Positions 9,135-19,944 of a DNA stretch of 64,000 nt are shown in pieces (position 1 is the stretch's first letter; every line of letters begins with the position of its first letter). The stretch spans positions 1,101,770-1,165,769 of the forward strand of contig CAXXMU010000001.1 in assembly GCA_963667785.2 (NCBI GenBank), in the 5' to 3' direction. The DNA comes from Alphaproteobacteria bacterium (GTDB lineage: Bacteria; Pseudomonadota; Alphaproteobacteria; UBA828). Under the pieces are notes generated by a model. The model worked only from the letters and a program-made list of their open reading frames with translations. It had not been told where the DNA came from and searched no databases. The translations under genes were made by a program, and so were the position numbers.

Positions 9135-11461
9135 TGGCGATCGAGAAGGCCGCCGTCATCGGGGCGGGACTGATGGGCGGCGGCATCGCCGCCCACATCG
9201 CCAATGCTGGCCATGACGTGGTGCTGCTCGACATTGTGCCGGCGGACGGCGGCGACCGGAACGCGCTTGCCGAGGGCGCGGTGGCGCGGATGCTCAAGAC
9301 CGAGCCCGCGCCCTTCATGGAGAAGACCGACGCGAAGCGCATCGCCACCGGCAATATCGAGGACCATCTCGACCTGCTCGGCGATGCGGACTGGATCGTC
9401 GAGGCGGTGATTGAGCGGGCGGATGCCAAGCAGGCCATCTACCGCAAGATCGACGCGGTGCGGAAGGAGGGGTCGATCGTCTCCTCCAACACGTCCACCA
9501 TCCCGTCAAGCGTGCTGCTCGACGGCATGCCGGAGGCGTTCGCGCGCGACTTCCTCATCACCCACTTCTTCAACCCGCCGCGCTACATGCGGCTTCTGGA
9601 GGTGGTGGCGGGGCCCGAGACCCGGACGGACGCCGTGGCGGCCGTCTGCGACTTCGCCGACCGCAAGCTCGGCAAGGGCGTGGTGGCGTGCAACGACACG
9701 CCCGGCTTCATCGCGAACCGCATCGGCACCTACTGGATGGTGGCGGCGGTGCGCGCGGCGGTGGAGGACGGCGTGACGGTGGAGGAGGCGGACGCCCTGC
9801 TCAGCCGGCCCATCGGCGTGCCCAAGACAGGCATCTTCGGGCTGATCGACCTCGTCGGCCTCGACCTGATGCCGCTGGTCGGCCGCAGCCTGCGCGACGC
9901 GCTACCCGAGAGCGACCCCTTCCACGCGATCTACGACGAGCCCGCGTTCATCGCCTCGATGATCGAGGACGGCTATATCGGGCGCAAGGGCAAGGGCGGC
10001 TTCTATCGGCTGAAGCCCGATTCCAAGAAGAGGGAGAAAGAGGTCCGCAATCTCGCCACGGGCGAGTACGGGCCCGCCCGGCGGCCGAGACTGGAGAGCA
10101 TCGAGCAGACCGGCCGCTCGCTCCGCGCGCTCTTCGAATACCCCGACAAGACGGGTGCCTACGCCTGGCGGGTGATGTCCGGCACGCTTGCCTACGCCGC
10201 CGGCCTGGTGCCCGAGATTGCGGGCGACGTCGAGGCAGTCGATCGCGCCATGCGCCTCGGCTACGCCTGGAAGCGCGGCCCCTTCGAGCTGATCGACGAG
10301 GTCGGCGCCGGCTGGTTTGCCGAGAAGCTTGCGGCAGAGGGCAGGGAGGTGCCGCCGCTGCTGCGGGCGGCGGCAGACGGCGACGGCTTCTACCGGCTGG
10401 CGGATGGCCGCGCCACCCATCTCGCAGGCGACGGCCGCTACGCCCCGCTTGCGCGGCCCGAGGGCGTGCTGCTGCTCTCCGACATCAAGCGCACGACCAG
10501 GCCGCTGGCGAAGAACGGCTCCGCCAGCCTCTGGGACATCGGCGACGGCGTCGCCTGCCTCGAATTCCACAGCAAGATGAACGCGCTCGACACCGACATC
10601 ATGGCGCTGGTCGCGCAGTCGGTGGAGACGGTCGGCGGCGGGATGAAGGCGCTGGTGATCCACAACGAGGGCAGCAACTTCTCGGTGGGGATGAACCTCG
10701 GCCTCGCTCTCTTCGTCGTCAATGTCGGCGCCTGGCCGATGATCGAGGACTCGATCAGGCAGGGCCAGGAGGCCTTCAGGGCGCTCAAGTTCGCGCCCTT
10801 CCCGGTGGTCGGCGCGCCGTCGGGCATGGCGCTCGGCGGCGGCTGCGAAGTGCTGCTGCACTGCGATGCGGTGCAGGCCCATGCCGAGAGCTACATGGGC
10901 CTGGTCGAGGCCGGCGTCGGGCTCGTGCCCGGCTGGGGCGGCTGCAAGGAGATGATGCTGCGCGGGCTCGCCCCCGGCCGGACCGGATTCGGCGGCGCGA
11001 TGCCGGCGATCTCCAAGGTCTTCGAGACCATCGGTCTCGCCAAGGTCTCGCGCTCCGCCAAGGAGGCCCGGAAGCTCGGCTTCCTGCGCGAGGGCGACGG
11101 CATCACCGCCAACCGCGACCGGCTGCTGGCGGACGCGAAGGTGAAGGCGCTCGCGCTGGCGGAGGACTACGTCCCGCCGGAGCCGGCCGTTGTAAAGCTG
11201 CCCGGCAAGACCGGACGCGTCGCGCTCAAGATGGCGGTGCGCGGGCTCGCCAAGACGCGCAAGGCGACGGCCCACGACCTCGTGGTGGTGGAGCATCTCG
11301 GCAACGTGCTCACTGGCGGCGAGACCGACGCGACCCGGGAGGTCCCGGAGGACAGACTCTCGGAGCTGGAGCGCGAGGCGTTGCTCGCGCTCATCCGCAC
11401 GCCCGCCACCATCGCCCGCATGGAGCACATGCTGGAGACCGGCAAGCCGCTCAGGAACTAG
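9134..11461 (+). CDS. 3-hydroxyacyl-CoA dehydrogenase / enoyl-CoA hydratase fusion (FadN-like)
   Basis: GAGLMGGGIAAH, HFFNPPRYM, C-terminal crotonase motif ALGGGCE, ends LETGKPLRN; 1-nt overlap with thiolase. Confidence 0.92.
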   Translation: MAIEKAAVIGAGLMGGGIAAHIANAGHDVVLLDIVPADGGDRNALAEGAVARMLKTEPAPFMEKTDAKRIATGNIEDHLDLLGDADWIVEAVIERADAKQAIYRKIDAVRKEGSIVSSNTSTIPSSVLLDGMPEAFARDFLITHFFNPPRYMRLLEVVAGPETRTDAVAAVCDFADRKLGKGVVACNDTPGFIANRIGTYWMVAAVRAAVEDGVTVEEADALLSRPIGVPKTGIFGLIDLVGLDLMPLVGRSLRDALPESDPFHAIYDEPAFIASMIEDGYIGRKGKGGFYRLKPDSKKREKEVRNLATGEYGPARRPRLESIEQTGRSLRALFEYPDKTGAYAWRVMSGTLAYAAGLVPEIAGDVEAVDRAMRLGYAWKRGPFELIDEVGAGWFAEKLAAEGREVPPLLRAAADGDGFYRLADGRATHLAGDGRYAPLARPEGVLLLSDIKRTTRPLAKNGSASLWDIGDGVACLEFHSKMNALDTDIMALVAQSVETVGGGMKALVIHNEGSNFSVGMNLGLALFVVNVGAWPMIEDSIRQGQEAFRALKFAPFPVVGAPSGMALGGGCEVLLHCDAVQAHAESYMGLVEAGVGLVPGWGGCKEMMLRGLAPGRTGFGGAMPAISKVFETIGLAKVSRSAKEARKLGFLREGDGITANRDRLLADAKVKALALAEDYVPPEPAVVKLPGKTGRVALKMAVRGLAKTRKATAHDLVVVEHLGNVLTGGETDATREVPEDRLSELEREALLALIRTPATIARMEHMLETGKPLRN

Positions 11462-11489
11462 CGTCTTGGACTCGGCGCCAACCTCCCAC

Positions 11490-11575
11490 CGTCATGCCCG
11501 GACTTGTTCCGGGCATCTCCATCGGCCCATCGTGACGGAGAGACGTGGATGGCCGGGACAAGCCCGGCCATGACG
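11490..11575. repeat. REP/REPIN-like inverted-pair palindromic element
   Basis: CGTCATGCCCGGACTTGTTCCGGGCATC ... GATGGCCGGGACAAGCCCGGCCATGACG: two internally palindromic units in inverted orientation, resembling the intergenic repeat common in Alphaproteobacteria. Confidence 0.75.
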
Positions 11576-11660
11576 TAAAGGGGGCGCGCGAACTGATCAT
11601 GTCCGTGTTCGGGCGGCTTCGTTGGTACGGCGTGTCGTACGACGGCTGGGGAGCTGTGAC

Positions 11661-12497
11661 ATGAGCGGCGTGGACTGGACCCTCGCAGTCGCGCAGATGG
11701 ATTGCGCCACCGGCGACACGGAAGGGAACCTCGCGACCATCGCCCGCTTCGCCGGCGAGGCCGCGATCCAGCATGTCGACCTCGTGGTCTTTCCCGAATG
11801 CGCCACCACCGGCTACTTCCTGGGCGACCGGCTCGCGGATCTCGCCGAGCCGCCCGACGGACCGAGCGCGCGGCGCCTCGGCGAGGTCGCGCGGGAGAAC
11901 GGGCTCACCATGGCGGTCGGCGCCTACACGCGGCGCGATGGCGGCGTCTACGATTCGCAGCTCCTGTTCGGTCCCGACGGGCGGTGCCTCGCGGTCTACG
12001 ACAAGGCGCACCTCTTCGCGAGCGAGCGCGAGAGCTGCCGCGCCGGCGACAGCGCGTGCGTTGTCGAGACACGGCTCGGCACGGTGGGCATGACGGTCTG
12101 CTACGACTTCATCTTCGCCGACTACGTGCGCCGTCTGGCCGACCTCGGCGCGGAGCTGATCATCAACAGCACCAACTGGATCGCCGACGCCTATCAGCGC
12201 GAGACCTGGGGCTGGAGCGGGCCGGTGACTCAGGGCCTCGCGGCCACGCGAGCGCTGGAGAACGGCACCTTCGTCGCCATGGCCAACCGCGTCGGCGAGG
12301 AAGAGCTGGCGCCCGGCCTCTCCTTTACCAGCCTCGGCCATTCCTGCATCGCAGGCCCGTCGGGCAGGATCCTCGCCTCGCTTGCCGAGGGGGAGGGACT
12401 GGCGGTCGCGCGCATCGACATCGCGCAGGAGGATCTCGACCGCTGGCGCGCCATCGCCACCTATCGCGCCGACCGCCGGCCCGAGCTGACCGGATGA
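11661..12497 (+). CDS. Carbon-nitrogen hydrolase (nitrilase superfamily amidase)
   Basis: Glu-Lys-Cys triad in FPEC, YDKAHL, VCYD; ATG at 11661. Confidence 0.88.
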   Translation: MSGVDWTLAVAQMDCATGDTEGNLATIARFAGEAAIQHVDLVVFPECATTGYFLGDRLADLAEPPDGPSARRLGEVARENGLTMAVGAYTRRDGGVYDSQLLFGPDGRCLAVYDKAHLFASERESCRAGDSACVVETRLGTVGMTVCYDFIFADYVRRLADLGAELIINSTNWIADAYQRETWGWSGPVTQGLAATRALENGTFVAMANRVGEEELAPGLSFTSLGHSCIAGPSGRILASLAEGEGLAVARIDIAQEDLDRWRAIATYRADRRPELTG

Positions 12498-13561
12498 GCG
12501 GGTCGGACAGCGACAGCGACACATTGCCCGAGCGCATCGCCGACGAGGCTGCGCTCGAGGACCTGATGACGACGCCGGATGCGGCGCTTCGCGGGACGCT
12601 TGCCGGCATCGACGGCGACATCGTCGTGCTCGGCGTCGGCGGCAAGATGGGGCCGACGCTCGCGGGCCTCGCCAAGCGGGCGGCGCCCGAGAAGCGCGTC
12701 GTTGGCGTCGCGCGCTTCACCGACCCCAGCGTTCCGGAAAAGCTCGCCGGCTGGGGCGTGGACGCCATCCAGTGCGACCTGACGGACCGCGACGCCCTCG
12801 CCGCGCTGCCGCGGCCTGCCAACGTGGTGTTCATGGCGGGCCGCAAGTTCGGCGCGGTCGGCGACGACGACGTGACCTGGGCGATGAACGCCTACGTGCC
12901 GGCGCTGGTCGCAGAGACCTTCCGCGACTCCCGGATCGTCGCCTTCTCCACCGGCTGCGTCTATCCCTTCGTGGATGTCCGCTCCCAGGGCGCGGTGGAG
13001 GAGACGCCGCCGACGCCGCCGCCCGGCGAGTACGCCAACTCCTGCGTCGGCCGCGAGCGGCTGATCCAGTACTTCTCTCGCCGCCACGGCACGCCCGCAT
13101 GCCTCGTGCGGCTCAACTACGCGATCGACATGCGCTATGGCGTGCTGCACGACGTGGCCCGCAAGGTGAAGGACGGCGTGCCGATCGACCTCACCACGGG
13201 CCACGTCAACGTCATCTGGCAGGGGGATGCCAACGCGATGGCGCTGCGCTGCTTCGCGCACTGCGCCGTGCCAGCCCGGCCCATCAACGTGAGCGGGCCC
13301 GAGACCGTGAGCATCCGCTGGCTCGCGCAGGCCTTCGGCGCGCGACTCGGGCGGGAGCCTGCCTTCGCCGGCGAGGAGGCGGCGTGCGGCTGGCTCACCA
13401 ACAGCGAACGGGCGTGTGCGCTCTTCGGCTATCCCAGAGTGCCGCTCGGGCGGATGATCGACTGGGTGGCGGACTGGGTGGCGCGCGACATGCCGAGCCT
13501 CGCCAAGCCCACCCGGTACGAGGTGAGGGACGGCGTGTTCGCCCGGCCGGAGGCATCGTGA
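12494..13561 (+). CDS. NAD-dependent epimerase/dehydratase family protein (atypical SDR)
   Basis: ATGA overlap with upstream gene; GVGGKMG, MAGRKFG, FSTGCVY, YANSC, RLNYA. Confidence 0.82.
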   Translation: MSGSDSDSDTLPERIADEAALEDLMTTPDAALRGTLAGIDGDIVVLGVGGKMGPTLAGLAKRAAPEKRVVGVARFTDPSVPEKLAGWGVDAIQCDLTDRDALAALPRPANVVFMAGRKFGAVGDDDVTWAMNAYVPALVAETFRDSRIVAFSTGCVYPFVDVRSQGAVEETPPTPPPGEYANSCVGRERLIQYFSRRHGTPACLVRLNYAIDMRYGVLHDVARKVKDGVPIDLTTGHVNVIWQGDANAMALRCFAHCAVPARPINVSGPETVSIRWLAQAFGARLGREPAFAGEEAACGWLTNSERACALFGYPRVPLGRMIDWVADWVARDMPSLAKPTRYEVRDGVFARPEAS

Positions 13562-14619
13562 GCCTCGCCTGGGGCGACGTGCCGGCGCCGGTGCGGGCGA
13601 CCCTCGCACGGGGCGTGGTGATCCCGGCGCATCCGCTCGCCCTCGACGCGGACCGTCGGCTCGATGCGGAGCGCCAGCGGGCGCTCAGCCGCTACTACAT
13701 CGACGCCGGCGCTGGCGGGCTCGCGGTCGGCGTCCACACCACCCAGTTCGCGATCCGCGACGCCGGCCTCTACGAGCCGGTGCTGAGGCTCGCCGCCGAG
13801 ACCGCCGAGAGCTGGACGGAGCGGCCGCTGGTGCGGATCGCCGGCCTCGTCGGGCGGACGGAGCAGGCGCTGGCGGAAGCCGACGTAGCGCTCGGCCTCG
13901 GCTATCACGCGGGGCTAGTGAGCCTCGCCGCCTTCGCCGGGGTCAGCGAGGACGAGCGGCTGGAGCACTGCGCGCGCCTCGCCGAGCGGATTCCGCTGGT
14001 GGGCTTCTACCTGCAGCCGGCGGTCGGCGGCGTCGTGCTGGGACCCTCCTTCTGGCGCCGCCTGGCTGCGCTCGACAACGTGGTGGCGATCAAGATCGCG
14101 CCCTTCAACCGCTACCGCACCCTCGACGTGGTGCGCGGCGTGGTCGAGGCCGGCGCCGAGGAGCGCATCGCCCTCTACACCGGCAACGACGACCATATCC
14201 TGCTCGATCTGGTCACGCCCTGGCGCCTGTCGCGCGGCGGCGAGGCGGTCACGGTGCGCATCAGGGGCGGGCTGCTCGGGCACTGGAGCGTCTGGGTCAA
14301 GCGGGCCGTCGAGGTGCTGGAGCGCGCCCACGCCGCGGTGGAGGCCGGCGCCGTCGATCCGGACCTGCTCGCCCTCGACGCAGGGATCACCGACTGCAAC
14401 GCCGCCCTCTTCGACGTCGCCAACGATTTTCGGGGCTGCATCGCCGGCTGCCACGAGGTGCTGCGCCGGCAGGGGCTGCTGCGGGGCATCTGGTGCCTCG
14501 ACCCGGCGGAGGGGCTGAGCCCCGGCCAGGCCGAGGAGATCGATCGCGTGTGCGCGGCCTATCCCGATCTCACCGACGACGACTATGTACGCGCCAACCT
14601 CGCGCGCTGGCTTTCCTGA
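13558..14619 (+). CDS. Dihydrodipicolinate synthase-like class I aldolase/lyase
   Basis: GTGA overlap; [23 protein letters not shown] (Tyr), IKIAPFNRY (Schiff-base Lys), YTGNDD. Confidence 0.82.
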   Translation: MSLAWGDVPAPVRATLARGVVIPAHPLALDADRRLDAERQRALSRYYIDAGAGGLAVGVHTTQFAIRDAGLYEPVLRLAAETAESWTERPLVRIAGLVGRTEQALAEADVALGLGYHAGLVSLAAFAGVSEDERLEHCARLAERIPLVGFYLQPAVGGVVLGPSFWRRLAALDNVVAIKIAPFNRYRTLDVVRGVVEAGAEERIALYTGNDDHILLDLVTPWRLSRGGEAVTVRIRGGLLGHWSVWVKRAVEVLERAHAAVEAGAVDPDLLALDAGITDCNAALFDVANDFRGCIAGCHEVLRRQGLLRGIWCLDPAEGLSPGQAEEIDRVCAAYPDLTDDDYVRANLARWLS

Positions 14620-14657
14620 GGCCCCGGCCGCCCCGCTCCGCGCCACCGACACGCGCG

Positions 14658-14690
14658 TTGACAAGGGCCATGTCCTTGTTAGGTAGGGAC
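14658..14690 (+). promoter_or_regulatory. Promoter/operator of the AbrB-type antitoxin gene
   Basis: TTGACA at 14658-14663 overlapped by inverted repeat ACAAGG-N7-CCTTGT (14661-14679). Confidence 0.55.
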
Positions 14691-14987
14691 ATGAGCAAGG
14701 TCACCAGCAAGCTCCAGATCACGGTGCCCAAGGCGCTCGCACGGCGCTATGGCATCGAGCCCGGCGACGACATCCGCTTCGAGGAGGCCGGCGAGGTGAT
14801 TCGCATGGTGCCCGCTGCCGTAGGCGCACCGTCCGCAAGTCTCGACATCGAGGCGCGCCTGCGCCTCTTCGACGCAGCCACCGCCCGCCAGCGGGCACGC
14901 GAGGCGAGTCGCCTCAGCCGTCGCGTCGGTATGCGTGGCGGGAGCAGGGAGGAGCTCTACCGGCGTGGCCGCGCGGACGCTGATTGA
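14691..14987 (+). CDS. AbrB/MazE/SpoVT-family DNA-binding protein (antitoxin)
   Basis: MSKVTSKLQITVPKALARRYGIEPGDDIRF swapped-hairpin signature; ends SREELYRRGRAD like VapB antitoxins. Confidence 0.85.
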   Translation: MSKVTSKLQITVPKALARRYGIEPGDDIRFEEAGEVIRMVPAAVGAPSASLDIEARLRLFDAATARQRAREASRLSRRVGMRGGSREELYRRGRADAD

Positions 14988-15051
14988 CACTGGCAACCCC
15001 GTCAATCGCTACGACGACCGCTTCTCAACGCATGGTGTGGAACAGGGCTAG
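14965..15051 (+). pseudogene. Probable decayed N-terminal remnant of a PIN-domain (VapC) toxin
   Basis: GTG overlapping the antitoxin 3' end reads MAARTLIDTGNPVNRYDDRFS then stops after 28 codons; resembles the xxLVDTNxLVYxxD start of PIN toxins. Confidence 0.55.
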
Positions 15052-15062
15052 AGGCAGGAGAC

Positions 15063-16208
15063 ATGGCCGCCGAGAACGAAGCGATGCATCCCGACGACGT
15101 GGCCGAGTGGCGGCTGCGCAACGTGCCGGTCTTCAACGAGAACCGCTTCAAGCTCGGTGTCTTCGGGCAGAACTGCTCCAACGGCTGCACCATCACCCAT
15201 GCCGAGACCACCTTCGAGCCCACCTACGAGCACAGCGTGAAGATCAGCAAGCTCGCCGACCGCCTCGGCTTCGAGCTGCTCGTGCCGGTGGGCCGCTGGC
15301 GGCACTTCGGCGGCTCCACACAGTTCAACGGGAACAATCTGGAGGTCTACACCTGGGCCGCCGCGATGGCCTGCCACACGCGGGACATCATGGTCTTCGC
15401 CACCTCGCACGTGCCGACCGTCCATCCCATCCTCGCCGCCAAGCAGGCCGCGACCATCGACAACATCTCGAGCGGGCGCTTCGGCCTCAATGTCGTCTGC
15501 GGCTGGTTCAAGCCGGAGATCGAGATGTTCGGCATGGAGCAGCTCGACCACGACGAGCGCTATGTCATGGCAGACGAGTGGCTCTCGATCGTGAAGCGGC
15601 TCTGGGCCGAGGACGACTTCGACCACGAGGGCACCTACTACAGGGTCAACCAGGGCTTCCTCGCGCCGAAGCCGATCCAGCGGCCGCACCCGGTGGTGAT
15701 CAACGCCGGCTCCTCGCCTGCGGGCCGCGAGTTCTCGGCCAAGCTCGCCGACTTCAACTTCCTCTCGATCACGACGATGGAGAAGGCAGCGGCCATCGTG
15801 ACGGACATCCACGCCCGCGCCGCGGCGCACGGACGCCGCTGCGGCGTCATGAGCTACGGCCTGGTGTGCTGCCGCGATACCGAGGCGGAGGCCGAGGCGC
15901 TCTACCGGCGCATCGTGGACGAGGGCGACTGGGGCGCGACCAACACCATCATCGAGCTGATGCTGGGCGAGAACTACTCCTACGGCTCGAACGCGGCGGA
16001 GATCCGCGCCATGGGCGAGCGCTTCATCGCCGGCTGGGGCGGCTACCCCCTGGTCGGCACGCCGGAGCAGGTGGTGGAGAAGATGGTCGAGATCGCCGGC
16101 ATCGGCGTCGAGGGGTTCATCCTGTCGTGGCTCGACTACCACGAAGAGCTCAAATACTTCGGCGAGAAGGTGATGCCGCTGATGCGCGAGGCGGGACTCA
16201 GGGTCTAG
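15063..16208 (+). CDS. Luciferase-like (LLM class) flavin-dependent monooxygenase
   Basis: FKLGVFGQN, ADRLGFE, HPILAAKQAATIDNISSGRFGLNVVCGW, NAGSSPAGR, LVGTPEQV. Confidence 0.9.
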   Translation: MAAENEAMHPDDVAEWRLRNVPVFNENRFKLGVFGQNCSNGCTITHAETTFEPTYEHSVKISKLADRLGFELLVPVGRWRHFGGSTQFNGNNLEVYTWAAAMACHTRDIMVFATSHVPTVHPILAAKQAATIDNISSGRFGLNVVCGWFKPEIEMFGMEQLDHDERYVMADEWLSIVKRLWAEDDFDHEGTYYRVNQGFLAPKPIQRPHPVVINAGSSPAGREFSAKLADFNFLSITTMEKAAAIVTDIHARAAAHGRRCGVMSYGLVCCRDTEAEAEALYRRIVDEGDWGATNTIIELMLGENYSYGSNAAEIRAMGERFIAGWGGYPLVGTPEQVVEKMVEIAGIGVEGFILSWLDYHEELKYFGEKVMPLMREAGLRV

Positions 16209-16430
16209 CCGGAGTTCCTCTCCGATCTAACGGCCTGCCGGCGCTGAAGAAGCCGCTGACAAGCTGTTCGGGCGTGGTGGGCGTCGCGCTGCGATGTCCC
16301 CGCAGCACGCCGCTCACCGCCCCGCCTACCGTTGCCGCAGGCCGCGTGCTGGCTTACCCTTGCGCGTCCCGGCTGCCGTGCGGTCCGACCATTGCGGCGC
16401 CTTTTCCCACCCCTCATGAGGAGACGCAGC

Positions 16431-17828
16431 ATGTCGCTCGACCAGGCCCAGAACATCTCGCTGGAGGAGCTCGACAAGCAGGTCCTGCTCCATCCGGTCA
16501 CCTCGATCGCCGAGCATCAGACCGCAGGCCCCGTGATCTACGGCAAGAGCGGCGGGGTGAAGGTCTATGACCGCCACGGCAAGGGCTATATCGACGCGGC
16601 GGCTGCGCTCTGGTGCGTCAACATCGGCTACGGGCGGAACAGGCTCGCCGAGGTCGCGGCCGAGGAGATGTCGCGCATCGGCTTCTTCCATACCTTCGGC
16701 GGCGCCTCCAACGAGCCGCAGATCAGGCTCGCCGAAAAGCTGCTCTCGCTGCTGCACGAGCACGCCGACTGCCACCACATCGGCAAGGTGTTCTTCGGCC
16801 TCTCCGGCTCCGACGGCAACGACACCCAGTTCAAGCTGGTGCGCTACTACAACAACCTGCTCGGCCGGCCGGAGAAGAAGAAGATCATCTCGCGGCTGGG
16901 CGCCTATCACGGCGTCACCAACGCGGCCGGCAGCCTCACCGGCATCCCGCTCTACCACAAGGCCTTTGACCTGCCCTTCGAAGGCGTACTGCACACCGAC
17001 TGCCCGCACTACTGGCGCGAGGGCCTCGACGGCGAGAGCGAGGAGGAATTCGCCGATCGCATGGTGGCGTCGCTCGAGGCGATGATCGAGCGCGAAGGGC
17101 CGGAGACCGTCGCCGCCTTCATCGCCGAGCCGGTGATGGGCACCGGCGGCGTGATCATCCCGGGCGGGGGCTACTACGACAAGGTGCAGGCGCTCCTGAA
17201 GAAGCACGACATCCTCTTCATCGCGGACGAAGTGATCTGCGGTTTCGGACGGCTCGGCACCTGGTTCGGCGCGAGCTACTTCGGTCTCCGGCCGGACATG
17301 ATGACCTTCGCCAAGGGGCTCACCAGCGCCTACTTCCCGATGTCGGCGGTCGCGATCTCCGACGAGGTCTGGCAGGTGCTGGCCGACGGCACGCCCGAGG
17401 TCGGCATGTTCGCCCACGGCTTCACCTATTCGGGTCACCCGGTGGGCGGCGCGGTCGGCCTCGCCAACCTGGAGATCATGGAGTCCGAGAACCTCGTCGC
17501 CAACGCGGCCGAGGTCGGCCCCTACTTCAAGCAGTGCCTGATCGAGCGGGTGGGGGACCATCCCAATGTGGGCGACATCCGCGGCGCCGGCCTCATGCTG
17601 GGCGTCGAATATGTCGCCGAGCCCGGCAGCAAGGCCGCGCCCGACATGACCCCGCCGTCGCACAGGCGCGTCTCGGCGGCGGCGCAGGAGCGCGGGCTGC
17701 TCACGCGCGGGCTGCCCTTCCTGCCGGTCAACGCCTTCTCGCCGCCGCTCACCTTCACGCGGGCGGACGTCGACGAGACCGTCGGCATCTTCGGCGAGGC
17801 CGTGGAGAGCGTGTTCGGCAAGAGCTGA
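16431..17828 (+). CDS. Class III PLP aminotransferase (omega-amino acid/amine transaminase)
   Basis: RBS GAGGAG; [39 protein letters not shown]. Confidence 0.92.
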   Translation: MSLDQAQNISLEELDKQVLLHPVTSIAEHQTAGPVIYGKSGGVKVYDRHGKGYIDAAAALWCVNIGYGRNRLAEVAAEEMSRIGFFHTFGGASNEPQIRLAEKLLSLLHEHADCHHIGKVFFGLSGSDGNDTQFKLVRYYNNLLGRPEKKKIISRLGAYHGVTNAAGSLTGIPLYHKAFDLPFEGVLHTDCPHYWREGLDGESEEEFADRMVASLEAMIEREGPETVAAFIAEPVMGTGGVIIPGGGYYDKVQALLKKHDILFIADEVICGFGRLGTWFGASYFGLRPDMMTFAKGLTSAYFPMSAVAISDEVWQVLADGTPEVGMFAHGFTYSGHPVGGAVGLANLEIMESENLVANAAEVGPYFKQCLIERVGDHPNVGDIRGAGLMLGVEYVAEPGSKAAPDMTPPSHRRVSAAAQERGLLTRGLPFLPVNAFSPPLTFTRADVDETVGIFGEAVESVFGKS

Positions 17829-17862
17829 GACCGACCCCGCCGCAGCGCCCGGGGCGCCCGCC

Positions 17863-19944
17863 GTGGGGTTCCGCATCTCCGTCGACACCGGCGGCACCTT
17901 TACCGATGTGGTGGCGGGGGACGGCGGACGGGAGGTGGTCGGCAAGGCGCCGACCACGCCCGACCGCATCTTCGACGGCATGCGGAACGCGCTCGAGAAC
18001 GCGGCCGAGCAGCTCGACTTGAGCCTCGGCGCGCTGCTCGGCGATACCGACCTCCTCATTTACGGCACCACGCGTGCCACCAACGCCATCGTCCAGGGCG
18101 CGGTCGCCAAGACCGCGTTCCTGGTCACATCCGGCTTCCCCGACATCCTTGTGCTGAAGGAGGGCGGCAAGCACGGCGTCCACGACTTCGCGACCGACTA
18201 TCCCGATCCCTACATCCCGCAGACCCACACCTTCGAGATCGAGGAGCGGATCGACGCCGAGGGCGGCGTGGTGACGCCGCTCGACCGGGAGCAGGCCCGC
18301 GCGGCGCTGGCGCTGGTGAGCGAGCGCCGCTTCGATGCGGTCGCCGTCTGCCTGCTCTGGGCGGTGGCGAACCCGGCGCACGAGGAGGCGCTGGCCGCGC
18401 TGATCGAGGAGGTGCTCCCCGGCGTTCCCTACACGCTCTCGCACCGGCTGATCCCGATCGTGCGCGAATACCGCCGCGCGTCGGCGACCGCCATCGACGC
18501 CTCGCTCAAGCCGCTGATGCAGGCGCATCTGCGCGGCATGGAGGACGACCTCCGCGCTGCCGGCTGTCGCGGCGAGATTCTGGTGAGCACCTCCGTCGGC
18601 GGCTGCATGCACGTTGACGAGCTTGTCGAGCGCCCGATCCACACGGTCAAGTCCGGCCCGGCCATGGCGCCGGTCGCGGCACTCGCCTGCTCGCAGACGG
18701 AGGGGTTCGGCGACGACGTGATCGTCTGCGACACCGGCGGCACCACCTTCGACGTGAGCCTGGTGCGCGACGGCGCTGTGAAGCAGACCCGCGAGACCTG
18801 GATCGGCGGCCAGTGGACCGGCCACATCCTGGCGATCTCGTCGGTCGACGTCCGCAGCATCGGCGCCGGCGGCGGCTCGATCGCCTGGATCGACCCCGGC
18901 GGCCTGCTCCGGGTCGGCCCCCGCAGCGCGGGCGCGGTGCCGGGACCCGCCTGCTACGGCACCGGCGGCACCGAGCCGACGGTGACCGATGCGGCGCTCC
19001 TGCTCGGCTATATCGATCCCGACTACTTCCTCGGCGGCAGGCTCGCGCTCGACGAGGCCGCGGCGCGGCGCGCGGTCGGCGGTCTCGCGGACGCTCTCGG
19101 CACCTCCCTCGACGACGGGGCGCACGCCATCGTCAGCCTCGCCAACGAGCTGATGATCAAGGCGATCCAGGACATCACAGTGACCGAGGGCTTCAACCCT
19201 CAGGAGTGCACGCTCGTGGCCGGCGGCGGCGCCGCAGGCCTGGGCGCCATGGCGATCGCCGGCGAGCTCGGCTGCGAGCGGGTCATCCTGCCGCGCACCG
19301 CCGCCGTGCTCAGCGCCTGCGGGATGCAGGTCTCCGACGTGGTCCACGAGCACTCGGCGAGCATGGTCACGCGGTCGGCCAGCTTCGACTTCGAGGGCGT
19401 CAACGCCGTCCTCGCCTCCATCGACGCCGAGCTCGAGCGCTTCGCGGCGACGCTGGGCGAGCGCGGACTCGAGACCATGCGCATCGAGCGCTTCGTCGAG
19501 GCGCGCTACCTCTTCCAGGTGTGGGAGCTCGACGTGGCGTTGCCGACAGACCGCTTCGAGACCGAGCAGGACGTGGCCGCGCTGGTCGAGCGCTTTCACG
19601 CCACCCACGAGCAGGTCTTCGCGGTGCGCGATCCGGAGAGCATCCTCGAATGCCTCAACTGGAAGGGGCGGCTCTCGGTCGGCCTCGATACGGCGGCCCG
19701 GCCGGCGAAGGGCGCGGAGACCGCGGGCGCGCCCGTGCCCGACGCCCGCCGGCCCGCCTACTTCGGCGGCGGCGCGCGCGTGGACACCCCCATCTTCCTC
19801 GGCCGCAACCTGAGCCCCGGCGCCGTCGTCGAGGGGCCCGCGATCATCGAGGAGCCGACCACCACCATCGTGGTCGACCCCGGCACGCGGACCCGGCTGA
19901 GCGGCGCCGGCAGCTTCATCCTGGAGGCCCGACTCGATGGCTGA
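17863..19944 (+). CDS. Hydantoinase/oxoprolinase A subunit (ATP-binding), pair 1
   Basis: VDTGGTFTD, YGTTRATN, SGPA, DTGGTTFD, IGAGGGSIAW, PGPACYG, PTVTDA. Confidence 0.92.
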   Translation: MGFRISVDTGGTFTDVVAGDGGREVVGKAPTTPDRIFDGMRNALENAAEQLDLSLGALLGDTDLLIYGTTRATNAIVQGAVAKTAFLVTSGFPDILVLKEGGKHGVHDFATDYPDPYIPQTHTFEIEERIDAEGGVVTPLDREQARAALALVSERRFDAVAVCLLWAVANPAHEEALAALIEEVLPGVPYTLSHRLIPIVREYRRASATAIDASLKPLMQAHLRGMEDDLRAAGCRGEILVSTSVGGCMHVDELVERPIHTVKSGPAMAPVAALACSQTEGFGDDVIVCDTGGTTFDVSLVRDGAVKQTRETWIGGQWTGHILAISSVDVRSIGAGGGSIAWIDPGGLLRVGPRSAGAVPGPACYGTGGTEPTVTDAALLLGYIDPDYFLGGRLALDEAAARRAVGGLADALGTSLDDGAHAIVSLANELMIKAIQDITVTEGFNPQECTLVAGGGAAGLGAMAIAGELGCERVILPRTAAVLSACGMQVSDVVHEHSASMVTRSASFDFEGVNAVLASIDAELERFAATLGERGLETMRIERFVEARYLFQVWELDVALPTDRFETEQDVAALVERFHATHEQVFAVRDPESILECLNWKGRLSVGLDTAARPAKGAETAGAPVPDARRPAYFGGGARVDTPIFLGRNLSPGAVVEGPAIIEEPTTTIVVDPGTRTRLSGAGSFILEARLDG

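Noticed and set aside
13558-14619. Calling this gene dapA
   Set aside because: Lacks the GTTGE motif and lies in a catabolic-looking operon
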